Below, in pieces: positions 1 through 10,091 of a stretch of 64,000 nt of DNA. The notes below the pieces were generated by a model. The model was not told the origin of the DNA. It saw only the letters and a program-made list of their open reading frames with translations, and did not search any database. The stretch's first letter is position 1. Every line of letters starts with the position of its first letter. This stretch comes from a virus (taxonomy: Duplodnaviria > Heunggongvirae > Uroviricota > Caudoviricetes), in IMG/VR virus record IMGVR_UViG_2579779107_000005; one strand, 5' to 3'. A program made the position numbers and the translations under genes.

Positions 1-425
1 AGCGAGCCCCAGCTCTCGATACCGAGGTGCTGGGGGTGGTGGATCGTCGTGGTGCTGACGACCGCGAAGCTGCCAGCCTCCTCGCGACCAGCCCGCGCTT
101 CTGCGACGTCCGCGCGAGCCTGATACCGAGCGGCTGCGTCCAGCAGGTCTCCGCCCTTGCCGAGGGTGTTGATCGAGAAGTCGTCAGCCTTGATCGACTG
201 ACCGGCGACCGTGAGCGCGACGGCGAGCTGTTCCACGAGTACGGCGCACGCGCGCAGGATGTTGCCGTCCTCGAGCACGAGGGCGACGTCGATCGAGTCG
301 TCGGACCAGTAGGCGTAGTCGCCTTTGCCGTCGACGACGCCGGTGGCCTCGGTGTCGCCGAGCACCAGGCGCACGCGGCCGACATCGGTCGCCTTGTCGA
401 GGGGGAAGGTTCCAGAGTTCGCCAC
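1..425 (-). CDS. head-tail connector-like structural protein (partial, 3' end beyond window start)
   Basis: Open minus-strand frame from GTG (about 425-423) running off the left edge. Protein-like translation (VANSGTFPLDKATDVGRVRLVLGDTEATGVVDGKGDYAYWSDDSIDVALVLEDGNIL...). Lies directly downstream of the capsid gene in the late operon. Absent from ORF track because there is no stop in window. Confidence 0.4.
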   Translation of the reverse strand, partial: MANSGTFPLDKATDVGRVRLVLGDTEATGVVDGKGDYAYWSDDSIDVALVLEDGNILRACAVLVEQLAVALTVAGQSIKADDFSINTLGKGGDLLDAAARYQARADVAEARAGREEAGSFAVVSTTTIHHPQHLGIESWGS

Positions 426-443
426 GGCCTCATTCTAGGCCAG

Positions 444-466
444 CTCCCAGCAATCTCCCAGAATGG
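444..466 (-). promoter_or_regulatory. late-gene upstream motif, two copies (plus-strand CTCCCAGCAATCTCCCAGAATGG)
   Basis: Same TCCCAG(N)AA(A/T)C family found upstream of six other minus-strand late genes. Lies 20-45 nt upstream of the GTG at 425. Confidence 0.4.
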
Positions 467-570
467 TCAGTCCCCCGGCGGAGCGGTTGCTCGACGCCGG
501 GGGACCATTGCAAGAGGAGGAGGGGCCTACTTGCTCTCTCAGGATACTCCCAGGTTCGCCGGAATAGCCA

Positions 571-615
571 GCAAAAGGGAGAGGCCCCCGGCGTGTTGCC
601 GAGGGCCTCTCTCTT
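571..615 (-). terminator. rho-independent terminator after major capsid gene
   Basis: Hairpin GAGAGGCCC-N15-GGGCCTCTC. On the minus strand it is followed by TTTTGCTGG. Sits right after the capsid TAA stop. Confidence 0.5.
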
Positions 616-624
616 AGGTGCTGG

Positions 625-1854
625 TTACGGGGCGTCCGTCCCGGCCGCGAGGGTCGGGAACTGGATCGGGCCGCCGGTGCCGTCCGACCAGATGATGAGG
701 TTCTCGTTCCAGAGGACCGCACCGTTGATGTCGCGCAGGCGGTAGGCCAGCGAGTCGTTCTCGAAGGAGCCCTCGAAGGGGCTGATCGAGCCGCCACCGA
801 CGTACGAGCCCTGCAGGTTCTGCACGCGCAGCTCCGGGGTCTCGTAGCCGCGCAGCTTGAGGAACTCGATGACCGGCCGGCGGGTCGAGCCCGGCGTCGG
901 CACGAGGAACCACGTGCCGTCCTCGATGCGCTCGTGCTCGATGAGCGTCACGTTCGAGAGCGAGGAGTGGTTGTAGCGGGCGCCGTCCTCGACGAAGCCG
1001 CCGTCGACGACGCGCAGCACCTTGCGCTGCATCTGGAAGTCCCAGAAGCGCTTGGTGCCGATCGGCACGAACAGGTTGTACGAGGACGCCTCGCCGATCC
1101 GGTTGCCCAGGACCTTGCGGCGCGAACGCTCGTAGATGGCCTGCTCGACGGCCTCCGGGGAGAGCTTCGCCTTCGCCGGGATGACGGTGCCGTCCGGTGC
1201 CGAGCCGCCGGCGAGCTGCGAGGCGTTGGTCACGGACAGGAGCGCGTCGAAGAACTCCGCGATCTTGCCGTCGACCGACACCGACATCAGCTCGCCCGGA
1301 ATCTGCTCGAAGAAGCCCACGGTGTCGTTGATCTGGGCTTCCCAGGTCCAGTCGAACCGCAGACCGCGCTTCGCGAGCTTCTGGTAGAAGCTCTCGAGGC
1401 CGCCCTTGAGCGAGACGAGCGGGTAGAGCCCGCCCTCGGGGATGATCGGGGCCTCACCGTGCTCGCCGAGCGCGGAACCGCGCAGGAGCGACTGGTTGTA
1501 CTCCGACCCCTCGGGGGTCTCGTCACCCTCGCCCCAGTAGAGCGAGTAGAGGTAGACCGGGCGGAAGTCCTTCACCGTGCGGGTGCCGGCCCAGGCGCCC
1601 AGCTCGTGCACCTCGCGGTCGTACTGGGGCACGAACTCCAGGTTGATTGCGTGGGTGAGGTTGACGGAGGCGTCGGTCGAGACGACAGCCTCGCGGAGCT
1701 TGGCGTCCGCGATGAAGTCGCCCTGCATGGCGGAGCGGAAGAGCTTCTGCGCCTCCTTGACCTTGGCCTTGGTGACGCCGGGCTGCGGGTGCAGACGACG
1801 GTCGAGCGTGAACGCGTTCTCGTACGTCCGCTCCTTGAACTGTGCGAGGGTCAC
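625..1854 (-). CDS. major capsid protein
   Basis: 409 aa ORF. Position in portal-protease-capsid order. Size and composition typical of HK97-fold actinophage capsid proteins. Followed by a strong terminator. Confidence 0.7.
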   Translation of the reverse strand: MTLAQFKERTYENAFTLDRRLHPQPGVTKAKVKEAQKLFRSAMQGDFIADAKLREAVVSTDASVNLTHAINLEFVPQYDREVHELGAWAGTRTVKDFRPVYLYSLYWGEGDETPEGSEYNQSLLRGSALGEHGEAPIIPEGGLYPLVSLKGGLESFYQKLAKRGLRFDWTWEAQINDTVGFFEQIPGELMSVSVDGKIAEFFDALLSVTNASQLAGGSAPDGTVIPAKAKLSPEAVEQAIYERSRRKVLGNRIGEASSYNLFVPIGTKRFWDFQMQRKVLRVVDGGFVEDGARYNHSSLSNVTLIEHERIEDGTWFLVPTPGSTRRPVIEFLKLRGYETPELRVQNLQGSYVGGGSISPFEGSFENDSLAYRLRDINGAVLWNENLIIWSDGTGGPIQFPTLAAGTDAP

Positions 1855-2279
1855 TTGACCACGACTCCGATCTTGACGGGGAGGACGCCGCGGTAGCGGA
1901 AGCCCTCGGGGAGGTTGACCACGCCGAAGCCCGGCGTGGTGGCGTCGTCGACCTTGGTCAGCGTCAGCGTCTCGTCGGCGACGACGAAGTAGACCGGGAC
2001 GCCGGTCTTCTCGGTGCCGGTGGCCCCCACGACCGCGAAGTCGAAGGTGCCGGTCGTCTCGACGGTCGATCGCAGCGCGCCCTGGCCGTTGTCCGGCTGG
2101 CGGATGCCCGAGATGGTCAGCCCGCCGACGAGCTGGACGCTCTTGGTCGAGCCGGGGGTGCCGGAGAGCACGACGCCCGCGCGGCCGTGGTTCATGGCGG
2201 CCTCGCCGGGCTTGACGGCCTTGGTGAAGTCCCAGATTTCCTGGGTGCCGGGGATGCTTGCGTAAACCTGTGCGCCCAT
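1851..2279 (-). CDS. head structural/decoration-like protein
   Basis: 142 aa ORF sandwiched between scaffold/protease and capsid genes with 4-nt overlaps. Gly/Thr/Val-rich beta-type composition. Confidence 0.4.
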   Translation of the reverse strand: MGAQVYASIPGTQEIWDFTKAVKPGEAAMNHGRAGVVLSGTPGSTKSVQLVGGLTISGIRQPDNGQGALRSTVETTGTFDFAVVGATGTEKTGVPVYFVVADETLTLTKVDDATTPGFGVVNLPEGFRYRGVLPVKIGVVVK

Positions 2280-2281
2280 GG

Positions 2282-3205
2282 TCAGAACCTCAGTCCCAGC
2301 GAGTAGCTGTCGTTGTCGGCGCCGGCGTCGAACCGGCGCCCGCTCGCGGCCGGCCGGGCCGCCTCGGTGACGTGCGCGATGGCCTCGTCCTTGATCTTCA
2401 CGGCCTCCGCCAGGTCAGCAGTGATGTCCGCGCCCTCTTCGGCGCGCGCGAGCAGCGCGGCCTCCTGGGCGGGGAGCAGCTCGGCGTCCTTGATCGCCTT
2501 GGACGCTGCGGCGAACGCCTGGACAGCCTCCTTGACGGTCGGGGCCTTGGGCTCGTCGCCCGCGGCAGCCGCTGCGGCCTCAGCCGCCTGCTTCTGGTCG
2601 GAGACGAACGCGAGGACCGGGGCGAGAACCTTGGCGACGGCCTTCTCGGCCGCCTCCTCAATCTGCTCGGGGGTCATGTCCTTCTCTCTCTCGTCTGCCG
2701 AGGCGGCAGTACGTCTGTGGTTCTCGAACAGCGCCAGGGCGCGCTCGGAAAGCTTGTCGGCGAGACCGGAGCCTTCGAGGCCCTCTTCGCTCACCAGGTC
2801 GACGGAGTTGGTGCGGTGGTAGACCAGCTCGGTGATGTTGCCCGCCTCGTCCATGCGCCCCATGGCGTAGATCGAGAGGCCCGCGAGCGGGGCCACCTCG
2901 TCGACGAGTTCCTGGTGGCGCGGGAGGACGTGCAGCTCGGCGACGAGTGCGCCGTTGGCGCCCTCCTCGGGGTCCCAGTACGCGCCCTCGGGGTAGTGGC
3001 CGAGGATGTCTCGCGGGTCGCGCTTCCAGTCGTGGTTGATGTACGCCTTGGTGCCGGCGGGGAACGCGAGCGGGCCGTACTGCTTGAGCATCTCGGCGCC
3101 GTAGAAGCCGCTCGAGCCCTGGCCGGGGACGGCGAGGACTGCGCGCCAGCGACCGTCAGCGGTCTTGGCCGCCTGGGCGGTCTCGCAGAGCAGAATGTCC
3201 TTCAC
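2282..3205 (-). CDS. scaffolding / prohead protease-like protein
   Basis: 307 aa, GTG start at 3205. C-terminal half is Ala/Glu-rich coiled-coil (AAEAAAAAAGDEPKAPTVKEAVQAFAAASKAIKDAELLPAQEAALLARAEE), typical of scaffold. Lies between portal and capsid. Confidence 0.5.
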   Translation of the reverse strand: MKDILLCETAQAAKTADGRWRAVLAVPGQGSSGFYGAEMLKQYGPLAFPAGTKAYINHDWKRDPRDILGHYPEGAYWDPEEGANGALVAELHVLPRHQELVDEVAPLAGLSIYAMGRMDEAGNITELVYHRTNSVDLVSEEGLEGSGLADKLSERALALFENHRRTAASADEREKDMTPEQIEEAAEKAVAKVLAPVLAFVSDQKQAAEAAAAAAGDEPKAPTVKEAVQAFAAASKAIKDAELLPAQEAALLARAEEGADITADLAEAVKIKDEAIAHVTEAARPAASGRRFDAGADNDSYSLGLRF

Positions 3206-3224
3206 GCAGCCAACTCTAAGGTAG

Positions 3225-3247
3225 CTCCCAGGAAACTTCCAGAAAAC
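3225..3247 (-). promoter_or_regulatory. late-gene upstream motif, two copies (CTCCCAGGAAACTTCCAGAAAAC)
   Basis: Tandem TCCCAGGAAAC / TCCAGAAAAC. Lies 20-45 nt upstream of the GTG start at 3205. Confidence 0.45.
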
Positions 3248-3256
3248 GCGAATCCG

Positions 3257-4810
3257 CTACTTCGAGACCTTGTCCGATCGCAGGTCGTTGCCCTTCGCGC
3301 CGTTGTCGCCGGTGCCCTTGTTCTTGCCCTGCTCGGGGTTGGCGGCCTGCTTGCCTGCGTCGCCTGAGGCGCCCTGGTCGGCGGGCGCGGCGGAGGCCTT
3401 CGCCTTGGCCTGGAGCTTGAGGCTCTTGAGGTTGTTCGGGCTCATCCAGCCGTCCGGGACTTCGTTGCCGGTGATTTCGAGCAGCTCCGAGATGCGGGCT
3501 TCGATCGGCTCGGGGTTGAACAGCCCGCTATTCAGCGCAAGGATCAGCGCCTGCAGCTCGCGGTACTGGTCCGCGGCGTCGTCGAGAGAGGAGAACGTGA
3601 CCTGCAGCTTCTCCGCGTCGGCACCCATCCAGAGGAGGATGCGACGGTCGAAGTCGATGTGGCGCTGGCGGCGAGCCTCCATGGCGAGTCGCGTGGGCAG
3701 GTCGAGGGTCGAGGCCGAGCCGTAGCTCGAGCCCGCGGAGCCGGGGTCGGACGACAGGGAGACGACGGAGACCTCGAGGGCGGCGGCGACGATCGCAAGG
3801 AGGCTGCGGCCGGAGTCGAAGTCGTAGCCCTTGCCGGCGGTCGGAAGTGGCACCAGCGCGTTCGCGCCGATGAGCGTGGAGCCCGCCTCGGAGGGCTGCG
3901 CGATGCGGGCGGCGACGTTCTCGGTCTCCTTCTTGGTGCCGGCGGCCACCTGGAAGGCGAACTGCGCCATGGCGTCGGACATGACCTTGCCCGACATGAT
4001 GAAGTCGCGGTAGACCTTCGCCCAGGCGAACGCGGTGAGCGCGTCGGGGACGCCGAACGCCCAGCCGACCTGCGAGTTGACGTGCATGTCGAAGATCACT
4101 CGGGCGTCGGGGGCCTTCTCACCCTCCTTGACGATGACCTGGAAGCCGGGCCTGTTCCGGCGGTCGTATGCGAGGTCGGTGTAGTGCCACTCCTTGACGG
4201 CCTTCGGGGCGCCGGTCTGGGCGTCGACGGTCGAGTAGTCGTCGTAGTCGATCCGGTAGGCGATGATTTCGTCGGGGCGTCGCGGGTTCACCTGGATCGC
4301 GCCAACGTACTCGAGCGACCAGGGCTCGAGGGAGTGGTCTGAGGGGTCGCCGAGCACGAGGTAGATGCTGTCGGTGTAGAGGGCGCTCTCACGCTCGTCA
4401 TGCGCCTGGGCGCCGAAGAAGGCGTGCTGGTTCAGGGGATCGCGGACGTACTTCGCCGTCTGCTTCTTGATGCCGGAGCCCTCGGGGAGCGCGTCGTCGT
4501 TGTAGTGGATGCCGCCGCGCCAGATGTTGTTGGTGCGAAGGCGGAGACCGCGCTGCATGTGGACGTTCCCGAGAGCGTTGCGCATCTTGCGCGACCATTC
4601 CTTGAGCTGGTCGAGGTCAGGCCCGGTGGACACCTCGGAGGTGCCGAAGACCTTGGACCAGCCGACGTCCTCCGCCTCGAGCATGGCGTTCCAGCGGAGC
4701 TGCTCGCGGAGGCCCTGCGATACCGCCTGCTCTCGGTCGAGCACCGCCTCGAGGGCGGCAAGGCGGTCTTCCTGGAGCACCAGCTCGGCTACAACGACTT
4801 CTTCACTCAC
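3257..4810 (-). CDS. portal protein
   Basis: Large ORF directly downstream of TerL. ORF track extends to 4984, but the likely start is the GTG (VSEEVVVAELV) at 4810 after the TerL stop at 4852. About 517 aa. Position and size fit a portal. Confidence 0.7.
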   Translation of the reverse strand: MSEEVVVAELVLQEDRLAALEAVLDREQAVSQGLREQLRWNAMLEAEDVGWSKVFGTSEVSTGPDLDQLKEWSRKMRNALGNVHMQRGLRLRTNNIWRGGIHYNDDALPEGSGIKKQTAKYVRDPLNQHAFFGAQAHDERESALYTDSIYLVLGDPSDHSLEPWSLEYVGAIQVNPRRPDEIIAYRIDYDDYSTVDAQTGAPKAVKEWHYTDLAYDRRNRPGFQVIVKEGEKAPDARVIFDMHVNSQVGWAFGVPDALTAFAWAKVYRDFIMSGKVMSDAMAQFAFQVAAGTKKETENVAARIAQPSEAGSTLIGANALVPLPTAGKGYDFDSGRSLLAIVAAALEVSVVSLSSDPGSAGSSYGSASTLDLPTRLAMEARRQRHIDFDRRILLWMGADAEKLQVTFSSLDDAADQYRELQALILALNSGLFNPEPIEARISELLEITGNEVPDGWMSPNNLKSLKLQAKAKASAAPADQGASGDAGKQAANPEQGKNKGTGDNGAKGNDLRSDKVSK

Positions 4811-4839
4811 GCCAGCGATCTTACAGTCAGTTCTCAGGG

Positions 4840-4852
4840 TTTTCCCAGAAAC
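4840..4852 (-). promoter_or_regulatory. late-gene upstream motif (TTTTCCCAGAAAC)
   Basis: Motif abuts the TerL stop and lies about 30 nt upstream of the portal GTG. Confidence 0.4.
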
Positions 4853-6669
4853 TAAAGAGGGGTTCCCACTGCGTTCCGTCGGATGTTGAGCATCTCGAAG
4901 GGGTCGCGCATCACCGTGGTGCCCTTCTTCATCTTGTTCACGGGGTCGTCGAGCCCGGGAAGGAGGGCTGAGGCGTAGATGCACGTGTCTGCCGCGTCGG
5001 GCGACTTGACGCCTCGCTTCTTCATTGACTCCTTGCTCTCGATGAGCATGGCGTTGTAGGGCGGCGCGACCTCGTAGAGGATGTCGCCGAGCTGCTCGAG
5101 GAGTAGCGCATCCTCGGGATCGAGGTCGATGAGCCCCTTCTCCATGCGGTCGCGCATCTTGTCGTACTGGAAGGCGCGATCGTTCTTGTGCACGTTGGGA
5201 TCGGGCGCCGAGCGCGAACCGAGCATCGAGATGATGGTGTACGGCGGATTGGCGCCGGCGACGGAGAACAGGGCGTCGATGAGGCCCTGGCCGATGCCCG
5301 AGCCGTCGATTCGGACCTGCTGGACGCCCAGGTTGACGGCGTGCTGATGGATGAGCGTGGCCTGGCCGACCGTGTGCAGGAGTCCGCCGTTGGGGTCGTT
5401 CTCCACGCGGTCGGTGAAGGGCTTGCCCCGGAAGCTGTCGACGTAGCGAATGCGCGCGCCTTCAACATCGGAGACGTTCCCCAGCTCGCTCGTGACGTGG
5501 CCGTCATCGTGGACGGTCTCGACCCACTCGTACATGAGGCCGGACTCGGAGAGGTAGAGGAAGGTCGAGTCGCCGGACTCTGCGCGGGCGACGTCGACGC
5601 CGAGGAAGCGCCGGCTATCGTCCGGGATGAAGCACTCGGCGTCCCGAGCCTTGCCGAGCGCGTACTCCGAGAAGAGGTTGTTGCCCTCGTCGTAGGCGAA
5701 CATGCCGAGCACCCGGGAGCGGAAGCGCGGGGAGTCGACACCGTACTCGAGGCGCTTCTCCTCGACGTAAGTGGGGCCGGAGAGCGAGCGCAGTGCCTCG
5801 GCGGAGAGCCCGAGGCCGAGCGGCAGGAGGTCGTGTTCGGCCTTGCGCGGGCAGTCGTCGGCGCAGAGCCCGCCTCCGTGGAAGTTGGGGGAGTCGAGCA
5901 CCGAGATAGCGTGCAAATCCCAGGAGACGCCGTAGGGTTCGCCGGTCTTCTCGTTGATCTTGCCGGAGAAGATGGCACCCAGTCGCGACGCTGGGTTCGT
6001 CGGGTTGGCGATCAGCAGACGGCGCGAGGTGTCGTTCGAGGTGATGTTGGAGAGCGAGTCGATCATCGCCTCGTTCAGGCCCACCGCCTCGTCGCCGATG
6101 GCGAGGACGTACTGGGCATGGATGCCCTGGAAGGCGTCCTCCTTATGGTCCGGCGGCTTGCGACCCTGGGCGATGAGCACGCCGAGCGAGGTCTTCCACT
6201 CGTCGTTGCCGGTGATGTAGCCGGGGAGCTGGTGGTCCGGGTAGCCGGCGGTGTCCTTGCCCTCGGCCTGCAGGCGCTTGAACTCCTTGTGGCGGTCGAT
6301 CGACTTCGCCATGAGTCCACGGATTTCGCGCCAGAGGATCGCCTTGACCTGTGCGGCTGATGGAGCGGTGGTCGCCACGAATGCGGAGCCGAGCGGGTGC
6401 ACGTCGATCCACCAGCACACAAGCACGGCGGAGAGGAACGACTTGCCGACACCGTGGCCGGCGCGCACGGCGACGGACTTCTTCTTGCCGATGGCGATGG
6501 CGTAGGCAATCTCCTGCTGCTTCCACCACAGGTCGACGTCGAGGATGTCCTTGGCCCACAGCACCGGGTCGGTGATGTACTTCGCCTTGCGTGCGTCGGC
6601 GCGCAGACCGTCCTCGACGTGGGGGAGGAGGTCTGTGAGCCAGCCGGCGTCGGCGACCGCCATGCTCAC
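4852..6669 (-). CDS. terminase large subunit
   Basis: 605 aa. Walker A (VRAGHGVGKS) and Walker B-like (VLAIGDEA) ATPase motifs, plus a C-terminal nuclease-type acidic region. Classic TerL position upstream of portal. Confidence 0.85.
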   Translation of the reverse strand: MSMAVADAGWLTDLLPHVEDGLRADARKAKYITDPVLWAKDILDVDLWWKQQEIAYAIAIGKKKSVAVRAGHGVGKSFLSAVLVCWWIDVHPLGSAFVATTAPSAAQVKAILWREIRGLMAKSIDRHKEFKRLQAEGKDTAGYPDHQLPGYITGNDEWKTSLGVLIAQGRKPPDHKEDAFQGIHAQYVLAIGDEAVGLNEAMIDSLSNITSNDTSRRLLIANPTNPASRLGAIFSGKINEKTGEPYGVSWDLHAISVLDSPNFHGGGLCADDCPRKAEHDLLPLGLGLSAEALRSLSGPTYVEEKRLEYGVDSPRFRSRVLGMFAYDEGNNLFSEYALGKARDAECFIPDDSRRFLGVDVARAESGDSTFLYLSESGLMYEWVETVHDDGHVTSELGNVSDVEGARIRYVDSFRGKPFTDRVENDPNGGLLHTVGQATLIHQHAVNLGVQQVRIDGSGIGQGLIDALFSVAGANPPYTIISMLGSRSAPDPNVHKNDRAFQYDKMRDRMEKGLIDLDPEDALLLEQLGDILYEVAPPYNAMLIESKESMKKRGVKSPDAADTCIYASALLPGLDDPVNKMKKGTTVMRDPFEMLNIRRNAVGTPL

Positions 6670-7196
6670 TGCTGCTCGATCCTCTTCTCGACCGTCTCGA
6701 CGGCGGCCGGGAGCTTGAGCAGGAAGACCTCCTGGACCTCGGCGGTCGGGACGTCGTGACGACGCGCCAGCTCGTCGGCGGCGGCGAGCATGGCGACCTG
6801 GATCGCCGCGAGCATGATCCGGGCCTGGCCTTCGCGGACCTGGTTGGCGAGCTTCTCCGGGTCGATGCGGTTCTTGTTGATCTGGTCCTGCTTCATCTTG
6901 AGCGCCTTGAGCGCCGTGTTGATGTGCTGGACGCTTCCGGCTTCGATTCCCGTGCGCAGGCTCGAGATGATGTCGTTGATCGACTCGAGGAGGAGCTGTT
7001 CCTGCTCGAAGTACGTGAGCCAGTTGCGATTCTCGAGCAGGTCTCGGACGCGCTGTGCGGCCTGCTCAGGCGACACCACGCCATTGACGGCCTGCGACAT
7101 CTCCTTGGGGCTGAGGCCGTCAGAGGCGGCGCGCAGGAGCTTCCGGTCGAGGGGACCGTTCGCGAGACCGCGCTCGTACTTCTGGACTTCTGCCAC
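6666..7196 (-). CDS. terminase small subunit (putative)
   Basis: 176 aa ORF overlapping the TerL start by 4 nt. First gene of the late operon. Helical composition. No specific motif, so called by position. Confidence 0.45.
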   Translation of the reverse strand: MAEVQKYERGLANGPLDRKLLRAASDGLSPKEMSQAVNGVVSPEQAAQRVRDLLENRNWLTYFEQEQLLLESINDIISSLRTGIEAGSVQHINTALKALKMKQDQINKNRIDPEKLANQVREGQARIMLAAIQVAMLAAADELARRHDVPTAEVQEVFLLKLPAAVETVEKRIEQQ

Positions 7197-7216
7197 GCGA
7201 CTACTCTAGGGTGGCT

Positions 7217-7237
7217 CTCGGGAAACTCCCAGGAAAC
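7217..7237 (-). promoter_or_regulatory. late-gene upstream motif, two copies (CTCGGGAAACTCCCAGGAAAC)
   Basis: Lies 20-40 nt upstream of the TerS start at 7196. Confidence 0.45.
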
Positions 7238-7245
7238 GGGTGGCG

Positions 7246-7290
7246 AGAGCCCCGGTCGACTTGAACTCGGCCGGGGCTCTCGTTTTGGGC
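7246..7290 (+). terminator. hairpin plus T-tract (terminator-like), T-tract used as IS target
   Basis: GAGCCCCGG-N15-CCGGGGCTC followed by TCGTTTTGGG. The T-tract is duplicated at 10152-10166 as the IS target-site duplication. Confidence 0.35.
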
Positions 7291-7293
7291 TTG
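7279..7293. repeat. target-site duplication, left copy (CTCGTTTTGGGCTTG)
   Basis: Identical 15-mer at 10152-10166. Each copy directly abuts a terminal inverted repeat of the IS481-like element. Confidence 0.6.
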
Positions 7294-7487
7294 TGTCATG
7301 TCGCAGGAGATGGGTGACGGTTCTGTATCAGGACATCGGTGACAGTTTGGGTGGTCTTGGTGGTGACACTTCATGGCGGGGGCGCTGGTTGTTCTCGTGA
7401 CTCCGGCATTGCAGCGGCCATGAGGGAGGGGTGCGAGCAAAGGCTCGCACCCCTCCGGAATCGTCTATTCGGTTTTCACCGTCTTGG

Positions 7488-7715
7488 TTAGGTCGGGTGG
7501 TTGATGCGTGCTGGGGCCTGCTTGCGAGAACGCAGCCGCCGGTATCTCTGTCCGAGGAAGTAGAGGCCTGGTGCTCCGAGCGCGGTCGCGAGGATTGCCT
7601 GCATCGTGGCGTTGAGCATCACCAGGACGGCGGCCATGGCCGCGCCGACGAGCAACGACACGAAGAAGTCCTCTACGAGGTAGTAAAGCGACTTCGGTTC
7701 TTTAGCACTTGACAT
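7488..7715 (-). CDS. small membrane protein (IS passenger)
   Basis: 75 aa ORF with one strongly hydrophobic segment (FFVSLLVGAAMAAVLVMLNATMQAILATALGAPGLYFLG). Inside the IS, upstream of the secreted-protein gene. Confidence 0.3.
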   Translation of the reverse strand: MSSAKEPKSLYYLVEDFFVSLLVGAAMAAVLVMLNATMQAILATALGAPGLYFLGQRYRRLRSRKQAPARINHPT

Positions 7716-8634
7716 CGTAGATCAGCCCCGGTCCGACGTATGGAATGTTCAACTGGATGCAACGTCCTGCCTTGAGGGCGTTGGTGGCGGCGTTCTTGAC
7801 GATCTGGAAACCCAGGTTTGCCACAGTAGTACAGGCCGCACCAGCAAGCCCGCCGATGATGCAGAGATAGGAGAACATCTGCCCGGCGCTGGCGAAGTCG
7901 GCGGCCTGTTTCGTCTCTGCCTTAGTGAATTTCGCCGTCCTACCCCACCACAGCCAGGTAACCGACGGATCTGCGACCACCGGGAACGCTGTCGTGGCGG
8001 TGAAGTCTACGACCTGGGTGAGCGTGTTGCCATTCAGCTCGTAGTGCGTGGGGACGGCTACGCCGTTAGCGTCTTTCGCCCACGGTGCAGCGATGTAGGC
8101 GAGGGTAGCGCCGTCACCGTTCACGACGAAGTAGGCCTCGCCCGCCTGAAGTATCTGGCCCCCGTCTGGAACGGTGAGTGCGTAATCATACCGTTTCGGG
8201 GCGATTGCAGCGGTGATGACCGTGTTGATTTGAATCGAGCCGTCGGTTGTGACTACGGGGACCGAGCTGGAGCCGTTGTTGTTGTCGTAGGAGACGACAC
8301 CGTCTTTCTCGACGTTTACGTTGCTGGCGCCGCCGGCGTAAGGCAGCCCCACCGACAGCACGCCCGCCGCGGTGCCGAGCGTGATGCCCGAAACCGGGTC
8401 AATCGGGACAGTGACATCCGCCCCCGACACCTGCGCATCGATCGCGTTCTCACCCGAATCTGTCGTCGCGACTGCCGCAGCGTTGTTTGCAGTCTCCGGC
8501 GTCGCGCTCGTCACCGTGCCGAGGACGTCACCTGCGCCGTTGTCTGCAAGCGCGGGTGCAGCGCCCAACAGTGCTAGCGACATGATCACTGTCGTTACGA
8601 TCGCCGCTTCCCCCAGATATTTCCTGATCCGCAT
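7702..8634 (-). CDS. secreted protein of unknown function (IS passenger)
   Basis: 310 aa. N-terminal signal peptide (MRIRKYLGEAAIVTTVIMSLALLGAAPALA). Gly/Thr/Val-rich beta composition with a C-terminal Cys pair. Locally lower GC. Confidence 0.5.
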   Translation of the reverse strand: MRIRKYLGEAAIVTTVIMSLALLGAAPALADNGAGDVLGTVTSATPETANNAAAVATTDSGENAIDAQVSGADVTVPIDPVSGITLGTAAGVLSVGLPYAGGASNVNVEKDGVVSYDNNNGSSSVPVVTTDGSIQINTVITAAIAPKRYDYALTVPDGGQILQAGEAYFVVNGDGATLAYIAAPWAKDANGVAVPTHYELNGNTLTQVVDFTATTAFPVVADPSVTWLWWGRTAKFTKAETKQAADFASAGQMFSYLCIIGGLAGAACTTVANLGFQIVKNAATNALKAGRCIQLNIPYVGPGLIYDVKC

Positions 8635-8811
8635 TGTGTTTCAACTTTCTTGTCGAGACCAATGGAACTGACAGTGCTCGCCACCCGCCCTGCGGAGCGA
8701 TCGGATCAGCTACCCCCTGGATGGCGAACGTAACAGCCGCCGACCACGGCCCGCAATCCCGCGGCTCCAGCGGACGCAAACGGCCAGGAGCGTTTGGTTG
8801 GGAGGCTCATC

Positions 8812-10091
8812 GAGTGACAGCGAATGAACCTATCGATCCCCGAATCCGTCTCGCGATCGCACAGTGGCCCGACGATGCGCCGCATGGTGCCATCTCGACG
8901 TTCTGCATTGAGCACAGCATCTCACGCAAGTCGTTCTACGAGTTACGAAAACGCGCGCAGACGGAGGGGCCGGCGGCAGTGCTCGAGCCGCGGTCCAGAC
9001 GTCCGAAGTCAAGTCCAGCGCGGATTCAGGACAACATGAAGTCTCAGGCGCTACAGGTGAGAGCCGCCTTGGAATTGTCCGGTCTGGACCACGGGCCCAT
9101 CAGCGTGCACGACAGGATGCGCTCGATGGGAATCGACAGTGTGCCCTCGATCGCATCGCTGGCCCGAATTTTCCGGGAAGCGGGAGTGGCCAAACTTGAG
9201 CCAAAGAAGAAACCTCGATCGGCATGGCGGCGGTTCGTCTATCCAGCACCGAATGCGTGCTGGCAACTCGACGCCACCGAGTACGTCCTCACCGGTGGCC
9301 GTAAGTGCGTCATCTTCCAACTGATTGACGATCACTCCCGCTTCGCAGTCGCTTCTCATGTCGCATGGGGTGAAACTTCCGAGGCCGCCGTGGCGATATT
9401 CGACAAGGGGGTTCGTGCGCATGGAGTGCCCCAACGGCTCCTGTCCGATAACGGGGCAGCGCTGAACCCCTCGCGTCGTGGGATCCTGGGCCAACTAGTG
9501 AAACACGCCTCCGCCCTAGGAACCGAGGCCATCACCGGCAAACCCTACAAGCCGACCACTCAGGGCAAGAACGAACGTTTTCACCAAACCCTGTTCCGCT
9601 ACCTCGACAAGCAACCCCTGGCAACCACCCTGGCAGAGCTCCAGGGTCAGGTTGACACGTTCGACCGCATCTACAACACCCAGCGTCCCCACCAGGGACT
9701 CCCCGGACGCGCGACGCCCCAAACAGCGTGGGATGCCACCCCGAAGGCGGACGCACCCCGACCCAAACCAGAACAGCCCCTCTTCGCCCGAACGGCCAGC
9801 AAACGCTTCCACCGCGCGCCCGCACCGACCGAACTGCCAGACGGCGTCGTCCTCAGAAACCTGAGCAGCGCCGGCACGTTCACACTCGGACGAGTCACCT
9901 ACATCGTCGGCGGCCAGTACCGCTTCCAGCAGGTCCTAGCCATCGTTGACGGCGACACGATCACCGTCTCCAACCTCGACGGCGAGATCCTTATCGAGCA
10001 CACCCGCCCACCCGCCGGGGTGACCTACGTCGGCAACGGCAGACCCAGCGGCCCACGCCCCAAAAACTCCACAACGTCACCGAAGTCCTGA
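8812..10091 (+). CDS. IS481-family DDE transposase
   Basis: N-terminal HTH region then an rve-type DDE core (WQLDATE, LLSDNGAA, KNERFHQTL). ORF track starts at 8634, but GTG 8812 (VTANEPIDPRIRLAIAQW) is the likely start. Confidence 0.8.

Noticed and set aside
27-617. 196-aa plus-strand ORF at the left edge
   Set aside because: Low-complexity translation antisense to a protein-like minus-strand gene (1-425) and to the capsid terminator. Typical high-GC shadow ORF.
7246-7290. Hairpin plus T-tract as the late-operon transcription terminator
   Set aside because: It points in the plus direction while all surrounding phage genes are minus-strand. It may be a structural or regulatory hairpin, so it is annotated only as terminator-like at low confidence.
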